Source: Octopus vulgaris (lineage: Eukaryota). From it: a stretch of DNA of 64,000 bases. The notes under the pieces were generated by a model. The model was not told the origin of the DNA, made no database searches, and saw only the letters and a program-made list of their open reading frames with translations. Every line of letters starts with the position of its first letter. Position 1 is the stretch's first letter. The stretch is taken from assembly GCA_951406725.2 (NCBI GenBank), contig OX597818.1:135842001-135906000 (forward strand), written 5' to 3'. The position numbers and the translations under genes were made by a program. Below, in pieces: positions 27,590 through 39,000 of the stretch.

Positions 27590-28222
27590 TATATATGTGT
27601 ATGACTACATACACACACACACCTATCTTTGTGTGTGTGTGAGCGTATGTGTGTATACATATATGCATACATATAGTTCTATATAGACATATACATACAT
27701 ATGCATATATATATATACACAGTACTTACATATACATACATATATATATGTAAACACATATGTGTGTGTGTGTGTATATATATGAGTGAGTGTATCAGTG
27801 TATGCGTGTTTGTGTGTGTGGAAAGGTGAACAAAGTGCTTTCTGCACCCCCACAACATAGGTGCTTTATAAGATAATGGACAATGAAGTTAGAATTCAGC
27901 ATCAATCATTAATCCACAGAAACTGACAATACACAGTCGTTTGTGCAGGATTGATAGGATAACTATGGAATGATACTGAATGAAGGTGAATAATTCATTA
28001 AGCCAGTCATGTAGACCTCTTTACATGCTGGAGATCACAGAAAGATAAACAGGCTGAAATTATGAGATAAAAAAAATTAGTCAATAAAGAGATAAAGAAT
28101 ATAAATGACTGGTGAATAAAGATTGATTAATGAATAAGAGCATCACACTACATGTCTAGATAGTACCCATGTGTGTGTACCTATGCATCTAAGGATATAA
28201 ATATATGTATACATACATACAC

Positions 28223-28271
<49 letters not shown>

Positions 28272-28300
28272 ATAAACAAGCACACACACACAATTGTGTA
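26700..28300. repeat. Cluster of (AT)n/(AC)n microsatellites
   Basis: Directly visible; source of many spurious YIYI/HTHT ORFs. Confidence 0.9.
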
Positions 28301-28984
28301 TATACTATATACATGTGGCTGTGTGATGACACCCTAACAAACAGGAATAATGTAACAGAGACTCATAATGCTATAAACGAGGCAGCAACAAGAACAAGGG
28401 TTAAGAATTTTCCTTAAAAATAATAATGATGATGATGATGATTATGATGATGAGAATGAAGATGATGATGATGATATTAGCAGAAGACCACAAATATAGA
28501 GAATTAACTCCCAGCCAAGTAAGTACAACAAAGTATTTTGTCTGGCACTCTACTGAGTCTGCTAATAAATAATAATAATGATGATGATGATGATGATGAT
28601 AATAATAATAATAATAATAATAATAAAGAGATGCTGTCAGCCAGAGTGTATTCTGTTGCAAGCACAGTAACAATATTAGACACAATTTTGATTATAAAAC
28701 AATATATTTTTCTCTTATTTTCTCACTTGAAGTTGCTGCCTAGACCATATCTGAATAGACACCTACATTGTACCAGCAGACAGCAAATGTCTACACATCG
28801 ACAAAACACTGCATTATGATTTTGTATTCAATATGATTTGGTGTGGTGGAAAAAAACCGAAACTAAAAGTTCCAGTTTTGAGGAATTAATATGAAGGAAT
28901 AAATAGGAAACTTAAGTCATTTTTGAAATGTATTAAGTGAAATAGAATGGATAAATGATTTAATGCAGAGAGTATATATATAGA

Positions 28985-29022
<38 letters not shown>

Positions 29023-29886
29023 AAACAATAACTAAATTAGATAATGCAAAGAGAAGACAACAAACTTCCAATGAAGAAAGATGGCAAAAAACTGCATCTA
29101 AACATTAATTTAAACAAATAACGCTATTTTGAAACACTTTTACATGCAGCAGTAGCAGATAAGGCTGTTCTTACTAACTACACTTTTCATACAGTTTGTA
29201 GAAAAAAAAAACCATAGTTGCAGCACAAGTATAGCTGTAGACATAACTTTTGAGTCAACTACTCACACTCACACACAGACATACTGATGCATGCACACGC
29301 ATACACAGAGAAACTAGTACATACATACACACATATCTGCAGATGTTGAAGGTTGTAACAAACACACTTTCTCCCCACCCAACATTAATTTTTTTTTTTT
29401 CAATTTTTATTTTTTCGCACACTTGGAAAAAAACCCCCTCCAAAATACAACAAAAACCAACAAAACAAAAACAGTATGAAAGTTAATGATTAAATAAATA
29501 GAAGTATTTAGTTATGGATGATTACTGTTGGGTATTTTAATCATTGATGTGAATTCTAGTTTTGGTTTGAAGCAAGTTATTTTGTTCACCTTTTTTGGGT
29601 AAATTTTAAATTTAAATAAATGTTTTTTTTTTTAATGGCACTGAAGCATCTGTTAACAATAGTTTATCACTGTTGTTTGCAATAGTATTCAGCAGCTGGC
29701 AAGGGGATCAAGCTAAGCCCCATATTTGATGAACCAGTGCAGCTCAGAAATACATACAAAAAGGGTAGTTAAGGAGAGTTATAATCTCCGTAGTTTCATT
29801 GGTGTTTTTATCATTTTTCTCCTCACAGCCACTGAGAGGAAAGAAAAAGAAAACCCCAAAAAACAACCTCAATTTTTTTTGCCGAG

Positions 29887-30094
29887 TTACACAAACGTAG
29901 ACATGGCAGATGGTGCAGCAGTCTCCGTTGCTTCCTTCTTGTCCTGGGTGCCATACTGTCCAATGAAGGAGCCATCTTCATTGAATTTACTAGGATCAAC
30001 GTCTCCATAGTCTCCTAAGCTATCGGAATCACTTATTCCACTGGTTTTGTCTCCATTCACTAAGGCTCCAGGTTTACCAATTCCATTTTCATCA
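29887..30094 (-). CDS. Nrg: Neuroglian-like last coding exon (FIGQY ankyrin-binding motif, class I PDZ ligand)
   Basis: gtttcag|T GAT GAA...; [71 protein letters not shown]. Confidence 0.96.
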
Positions 30095-33000
30095 CTGAAA
30101 CATCAAAGAGTTAAATGGTTATTGAAATAAAGGTTCAGATTTGGAACAAACTGATATTATTTAAGGGAAAAACATTATGTTCCATAAAAACATTTGCAAT
30201 TGTAAATCTATGTTTTACAGGCTAAACAGAACCATCTGCTGTTTGCATTAGACTAATGAAAGCCAGCTATTGTAGTAAAAATATGAATAAAAATTTATAA
30301 ACAAAGAAATACATGGAAAAAGTAATTAGTTTAACCCCTTACCCAACAATTATTTTGAAAATAAATGTATTTTTTCAGACATATTTTTTAATTGTTTTAT
30401 TTTACTATGTTTTGAATGGTGATTTTGAGGTATATTTCTTTTGACGAGTTAACTCGCCAGAGATAGAAAAAAACGATTTCGGTCAAAACGCATATATTCG
30501 TTTCTGCCGGGTAAGGGGTTAAAAAGAAATATATGACATTAACTAGTGAAATAATGTAATTATTTTTTCACCAAGTAAGAAAAACAAAAAAAAAAAAAAA
30601 AACTCATAGTAATGAAAAAATGTAATGATAAATGTAAAATTATTTTTAATAAATAAAAATGTAGTTTCCAAAATTTCTTCAAGAGAATCAGAAAACAAAT
30701 TAAGGAACACAGTATTAAAACAGCAATATCTAATATTAAATCAATACTAAAATCTGGAGTATTGTTTTTATTCTAAAACAATTATTATACTAATAAGATG
30801 ATGTTAACAGAAATAAATATGGATATCACTACCCAACAGGTATTTTGTTGTCAGGACATTTTAATCTGATTTGCAGGTTTTTTGAAATGCTGAATCCCAA
30901 AATGGAAACCATGTTTTACCATCATGTCTAGATTTCAAGATATCCAAACTGCAGCAATTATCGGTGGGTGATAAGCATGAACTTTTAAATGCTCAATTTT
31001 CTTCTGGGGAAACAAAGTAGATACACCAAATATCCATGCTTTTTATGTATGTGGGACAGAAAAACATTGGGCTGATCAAAGAATGGGTGCAGCGAACATT
31101 AGTTCCAAGGTCTTTTAATGTGGCTAAAGAACCTTTAGTTTAACTAGGAAAAAACCCCATCCTACCTCCACTCCATATGAAACTGGGCATAATGAAGCAG
31201 TTTGTTAAAGATCTGGATACAAAAGGATGATACTTTCACTATATCTGCAGTACATTTCCCAGTCTGGGCAGTGAAAAGATAAAGCTGGCCTCAAATCAGA
31301 AAATAGATGACAGATGGGAACTTTGTAAATTCAATGAATTGTATAGAAGCAGCTGCATGGAATCCATTTGTAATAGGGCAACAATAAAGCAGCTAACTAT
31401 GCCAAAATAGTCAACAACAAGCTGTAAACCTCAGTAACACAAGTAATGAGCCAGGAGAACATTTCCATCAGGACATAAAATCAATGGAACAAAGGTATTG
31501 TGGCAAACTGACTTGCATGTGATGGCAGGCTATTGCTGGAACTTGGCTTATAATCTTCCTAAGGTCAAGAAAAATTATCCAAATCCAAATTCATGGGAAT
31601 TAAAATGATGTAATTTGTCTGTAAAAATTTTAAGATTTTTACTAGTTTTTCAATAGAATCTTAAGAGAGCATTCTGGTTTTGAAGAAAATACAATTTCTA
31701 TCTATGTATATGTGTTATACCATGTTTTTCATAAGCTGTTTTATTGAAAAAACAATGAAATTCTATGGATCAGGTATCTTAAAATCTTGACGTGATGGTA
31801 ATAGACTGATCCTCATCTTTTTTCTTTCCATATAAGGAAGCCATATACTCACCTCTTCAGTAAAAATGTTGCACCTATCCTATCATACCAAAACTTTTTG
31901 GAAGGCCAAAAAGTTTACCCATATATAACAAATACTTCATCCTTATTGACATTATTATTAGTAGTGACCAGCCATTAGGTAAAACTCAAGCAATTGTTCC
32001 TTTTAGATATAATAAATACTCACACACAACAGACTTCTACACCCTTCAAGGCATTACGCACTCACACATTTATATTTCTCACATACAAAATATTCCTGTT
32101 ATATCCATTTTATTTATTTATTTTTTGCTTCACCCTTTACCTGTCCTGCATATCTTAAATGAAACACAAGACATATTTCCTTGGCATACACGTGTCATAT
32201 GTGACATATTCTCAGTTTTTTTTCAGTCACCAGAGTAACTTGAGACTTAGAAAAGGAAAGGTTTAAATTCCTCAGAACATAAGAAATAAAGTCTAACTGA
32301 AATTCTGAAAAGAAGCTTGAACATTTGGGACAAACTTATGAAAATGCTTTGGATAGGCAAAGGGCTAATACAGTAATGGAAGTTTATAATTTATCGGAAA
32401 GAAGTTGTTACTAAAAGGAATTGAGTGTAAACTACAGCTGTCATTTACCAACAAAGTGTAATGACTTGGCACAAAATGGATAATTATAAAATAATTAAAA
32501 AATATGATAAATTAAAAAGAAACAGTTTAAATAAATAGGAAGAAGACAAACATTTAAAATCTGTGCACAGTGAAACATTGAAGATTGGAATGAAGGTGGA
32601 AAAAGGTGAAATTTAAAATGCTATTATTGTTGTCCCACAGAGTTGAAGAAGAGATAAATATTTTCAGCAGTGAACTTAAGTGCAAATGTAATTATAACCG
32701 ATGATTAGACCAATGATGAGATATGCTTGAAATAGCAGCTACATCTCGTTCAAATTAACCGTACCGTCTTATAGTAAGGACTCATTGGACAGTGTAGTCA
32801 GGGATATACTATAGCTGCAAAATAAATAAAAGATGTGGTGATGATGGTTGGAATGAGTTTGATCATAGCGTTGCTTGATCATGACTGACTTGGGACCAAA
32901 CAACAATAAGAACTTCGAGAGTTAAAAGGAAAAAGCAGTAGCGCACATATTGATATTTAAGTTCAAATTAAAATATAAATATAACAAAAGCAGCCATAAA

Positions 33001-36000
33001 AAAAAAAAAACATAAACTAGAGACAACATATTTTACATTTGCTATATAATGTAAATGAACGTTATTGGTGGTGGTGGTGATGGCAGTGAAGTGATACTGA
33101 TAATGATGGTGATGATAGTGGTATTAGTAGTAGTGTCTATGCCAGCAGTGGTGACAATGATTGGTGGTGGAGCTGGTGGTAGTGATGATGGTGGTAGTGA
33201 TGATGGTGGTAGTGATGAATAACAACAACAACAACAGTTAACTTAATACTAAATTCCTGTTTTTTAAAAATGAACTAAAAAGTGTAGTATGGCTGAAAAT
33301 GGTGTGTCATGCATAGAATAAAGTAAGGTGACGTAAGGTCGCGATGGACTTACAAAAACTAAAGAGGAGAGAAAATGGAGAAGCAAGTGCTTAATATAGA
33401 TTTTACCTTTTTTTTCTGTAAAGCATTGAAGGAAAAGAAAGAAGGAACATGATGACAAAAGAAAACACTGAATGTCTGTTGATGTGAATACTCTGCCAGT
33501 CAAATAATAAATCACATCTTTTTTTAAGGATATAATTAACAAAGCAAATATTTAACCCAAAGGGAAGAAATACACATGTGAGGTTTGTAATTTATTTATT
33601 CTATGATAAATATTCGAATATTATTTACTGATTAACATTGTAGAGAATAAACACTGCAATTCTATATATTTTCTCAAATAAGCATAATACAAGAAATACA
33701 TATGGTAATATAAGATATAACATGATAAAGTATTAGGTAGATAAATGTTTCATTTTAACGACAGCAGCTCAAGATTTTAGTGTTTTTATTATAGAGCTGG
33801 GGGTTAAAGTTTTTCTTTAAGTAACAATAGTTTGCTACATTGATAAGAGTAAAGGCCTTTTCAGATTTGTGGGAGGGAAAGAAAAATACATTGTTTAACA
33901 ACATAGGCACCCCTAATATTCACCTTACAAAAATACATACCAGTAATATTGGCTTAAATAAAATAGATGCTTGTAATATTAGGTCTAATAAAATAGGTAC
34001 CTGTGATATTAGTCTTACATAAATATATATCTATAATAATGGCCTTAATAAAATAGATACCTGTAATATTAGTTTTAATAAAATAGGTAGCTGTAATATA
34101 GGCCTTAATAAAATAAGTCCCTGTTATAATGGTCTTAATAAAAGAGATACCAGTAATATTAGGGGCAGATTCAATCAGCTGTAATCCTCCCTTACAAAAT
34201 TGACATTGTACTTTGTACAAGAACAAAAATATTAAAATATCATTTTCTTGCTATTTGTGGATTGATGAGATTATTAAAGAAGAACTGTGTCACTGGAGAA
34301 TATTTATAAAAGTTATCAGAGAAGGTATCTAGTTTGTGACTTACTTTTTACTGTCATTGGGGTGGTCATCAGTACTGTACGGGTCATGGCCTCGTAGTCT
34401 TTCTTCTTCTTGCACTGAAAAGGAAAATACATTTTTAAATATGACAGACATATACGTCATTGTGTATGAATACATCATTTCAGACTATAATATTTTTAAA
34501 ACACCCATAAATATATGTTCTGGTTTAATCTCTCAGAACCAGAGCACAGTGATGATGATGATGATGATGATGCCTAAGATGATAATGACGGCAACACAGT
34601 ATGGTAAACTATTGTACAGATATTTTACTAATAACAAAAATTGCTTAACTAATTCTCTTTACGGTGGCTAAAACTATAACAATTCAGTTTACTTAGAAAC
34701 ACATGTCCATAATATTAACATTTCTATCAAGTAATTAAATCTTCCTCTTCACAACTCAAAATGATATCCTTAATGAATTACTAAATGTATGTTAGTCTAC
34801 GACATCATGGGTTGGATAGGTCTGTTTTATTGTTTTTAACCATCAATCTATTATTTGTCATTCTTCAATAACCTATAATCTCTCAAATAGTCACCCCTTG
34901 TCTTATTTACATTATCAATTTACATAGAGTTCACATTGATTAACTAACACAATGGTTATATAGAATAATGAATTATTATCCTTAATTACAAGTATTTATA
35001 AAACAAGAATCCGATGAAATATGGTTGATTTGTTTAATTTTATTTTATGATCATTTATAGATAACTTCTAACATCAAATCTGTTGTTGAACAAATTTCTC
35101 TCGTTATTTTTGCTAATATATCAATTTACATCTCACAAGACTAAGCATTGTTACCTGTTCATAATACTTTGTATCAAACAACACAAACATATCTTCATTC
35201 TCTTAACTTCATTTTGGAATAGCAGTAGTAGTAGTAGCAGTAGTAGTAGTAGTAGTATTCATCATTATTTAATGCCCACTTTCCATCCTGGAATGGGTTG
35301 GAATGTGTTATCTATTTTTTCTACTGCTTAAAATTTATAGAATTCTGAGTAAACTTCTAAATGAATTAAACATTTCAACCAAAATTAACAAAAGCTCAGA
35401 ATTGTTTTTCCCAATATATTGAAAATGACACTGAGATACTTAACCCTTTAGTGTTTAAACCGGCCATATCTGGCCCAGATATTCTACATGTTTTATATTC
35501 AAACTGGCCATATCTAGCCTCTCACACCTAATGTACATTGACACTCTAAAAATAAACAATCACATCAAAGCTGTAAGATAATGCATGATTAATTCAAAAC
35601 AATTTGAGTGAAAAAGTATTACATCTAACAGAGTAATCTGAACACTAAAGGGTTAAAGTATTCACGAAGTGCTTACTTCTTTAGAAAAAAAGAATAAACC
35701 AATAAAATATGACTTACCATCATATTTGGCTTCATGGTTTCTCTTGGCAATACACACAATGATCAGAATGAGGATGAGAAGAGCAATTGCCACCATCATG
35801 GCAATAAACCAGGTAGCAGAAGTTAGATCTTGAGTAGCTGTGCCTTAAAGTACACATGGACATAAAATTAGTGTTACATTTTGCATTTAAAAGCTATTTA
35901 GAATAGATAAAAGGTTGGTCACAAGTGAGACTCAGCTCACAAGTGAATCCCTGATGGAATGAAGAGGAGGAGGAGGAACATTGGAATATTTTTACATGTG

Positions 36001-39000
36001 ATATATGATACACACGCACACACATGTGTGTGTGAGCAATGGACATAGGAAAACAATGAAAAATAGAAAATGGACCATTACAAAAAGAAGTTGCTGATAT
36101 CTGTAGTAGATAAATATTTATTTACTAAGGCCATGCATTTTGAGGCATGTATTTTAATAGGCAATTAAATCAGCCCAGTTATTTGTATCCATCCAAGAAG
36201 AATGGCAGTATTTGGATTCAAATAGAGATGAAAATAAACACCAGTATGTATGTCTAACGCTACTCTACACTGAGCTTCACTGACATAATACAGTCATACT
36301 TGTTTAACCAAGTTTAGAAGGATCAAGAAAGTGAGTTAATGAGAACAGGGTTATTTGAGATAATTTGGCTTTTTTTTTTATTTATTAATTATTCATTAAT
36401 AAAATTCATGTGTTTAACTTTTTATCCCTTTAATATACATATGTCAGAGATGCAACTAGTTACCACAATATTTCTAATATTTCTTCACAGAATTTGTAAT
36501 CTATATTCCTGAAATTGTCTTTAGCAAATATTGATGAAGGAGACTGAATACAAGCCAACAGCAATGTGGTTTTCTACCTACTAGAAATAGCAACTAAAAT
36601 ATCCTTTGAATTACACTATCATTTCTGAAGAGAGAGACATACATTGGTTAATGTAGTCTGACAGAGTGGTCAGAGTTGGAATGCCTTAATCATCAAGTGT
36701 CTAGTTAGAATGACTTCTATAAATTTGTTTCTCAATGGTACAAACAGAATCATATCATTTTAACAATCACCTTATGTTTCCTTACAGGGTGTCTCTTGTA
36801 CTTCAGTCAAAATTTCTTTTAAAACTATTTAGTGTTTCACCTGTTTATATTTTAATATAATAATTAGTATTAATGAATGTAAAAATTTCCTCTCCAAATA
36901 ACATTGGTCCCAAACACTTGACATCTCTTTAGCTTATATTCCATTTTGTAAATCATTTGTCAATGCAAAGAAGTTCTTGATTTCTTGAATTCAGCCGTTT
37001 CCTTTATGTATAGCATACCTCTCTTAACCTATGTAATAGCTAATAAGAGGTGCAATGGCCCAGTGGTTAGGACAGCGGACTCGCGGTCGTAGGATCGCGG
37101 TTTCGATTTCCAGACCGGGCGTTGTGAGTGTTTATTGAGCGAAAACACCTAAAGCTCCACGAGGCTCCGGCAGGGGATGGTGGTGATCCCAGCTGTACTC
37201 TTTCACCACAACTTTCTCTCACTCTTACTTCCTGTTTCTGTTGTACCTGTATTTTTCAAAGGGCAGGCCTTGTCACTCTCTGTGTCACGCTGAATATCCC
37301 CGAGAACTACGTTAAGGGTACACGTGTCTGTGGGGTGCTCGGCCACTTACACGTTAATTTCACGAGCAGGTTGTTCCGTTGATCGGATCAACCGGAACCC
37401 TCGTCGTCGTAACCGACGGAGTGCTTCCTATTCCTCCTAATAGCTAATAAGCAAGAAACCTTCTGATTATGCCTAAAGGATTAGTCTGGAAGAAGATAAA
37501 ATCTAATGTTTGTTGTAAGTGATCCCTTATTTATCCACTGTCTAGGATTACTTTCTACTGTCATACAAAATGTACACACTTAGTCTCCCACAACTAAAGT
37601 AAAATACTGTATTGGATATAAACAGTGACAACGGAATAGGTCTGGGCTCTTTGCTTCCTGTTCAGCACAATTTGTATCATTGGATGGTAGCTATAAACAG
37701 CTTTGAGGAACATCTCTTGCCCCTGGGTCTTTCATATGCAGCAGGCCTGCAAACATTATTGAACATTAGTATACAGAGTCTAGTTTTAATAAATAACATG
37801 AATGAAAACACAAGGTTTATAAAAACATGCTGATGATTGAGATGATAGATGAAAAAATGCAATAGAGACAGTCAGGCATGTGAAAGGAAAAGAGACAGTT
37901 TGAGATAAAACTAGTTTATAGGAGCCATAGGCTTTCTAAGATACATCATTCAATTATTATAGCCAGGTATTTACTATCATGCTTAGATGATGACTGATTA
38001 TCTTAAGATCCGTATATCAATATAAAAATTAAAAGACAAAAGGATGAATTGGGAGATGCAGAAATGAAAAGACATAAGTTGAATAGGAAATATTGATTTA
38101 ATCATGTTTTTACATGATCAGATAATGATGCTGGGATAATGTAGATGTTTTAAAACAATAGAAAAGAACAGAAAGAATGGAAAATGGGGTGAAAATAGAA
38201 CCAAACCATGTATCTATATGCAATGGGTAAGACAGAATCAGAGATTATAGTCAAAGAAGGTAACAGAAAAATTGAAATTAGTTCATATTTATGCATATGA
38301 AGTGTAGGTAAAAATATGAAAGTATGAAGATAGTCTTTGAGAACTGTATAAAAAAAACTAAGTTCATTAGAAGTACTGAAGTTGATGGATTATTGTATAT
38401 TTAGGATGTGAGTATATAATTAGAAAATGGTAATGAGCTTATGAATGGAATCATTCAATCAGCAAGAATCTTCAACTTTTTAAAGCTAAAATAGACCCAA
38501 TGAATGTAACTATTTCTAAATGCGCCATCTCCTGAGATGGTGCATTAATTTCGTCTATTTATATTTAAAAGTATTAAAATTCTTGAAAATCAAAGATATT
38601 CAAACTCGGCAATAAGGTAAACTAATGACTTTGAGCTTTTCCTTCATTTTTGCCGAAGGGCAGGGTGACTAACTTTTGATGTCTGTTTTGGTGAAATTCC
38701 ATAAAATGATTCTATTCCCAATGATAGCCAGGGTTAATCCTTGATTATGAGGCAACAACTGATTATGGAAAATGTAATGGGCAGTAGAAAAGGATTGTGG
38801 CTATTGTCTGCAACAGGAGTTAAATGATGATGATGATGATAGTGATGATGAATCCAAAATTTAAAAGTAGTTAAAAAGGTAGAAACATAATGGAAATAGT
38901 ATCAGATGTAAGAAGAAAAGGAATTTACTTTAGTTATATACAGTTAAAAATACCATCACATTCCAAAATAAATAATTAAACATTAAATTTATCCAATGAC

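Noticed and set aside
33900-34165. Regular 30-bp repeats resembling a CRISPR array
   Set aside because: No unique spacers, eukaryotic intron, no cas genes; an ordinary minisatellite.
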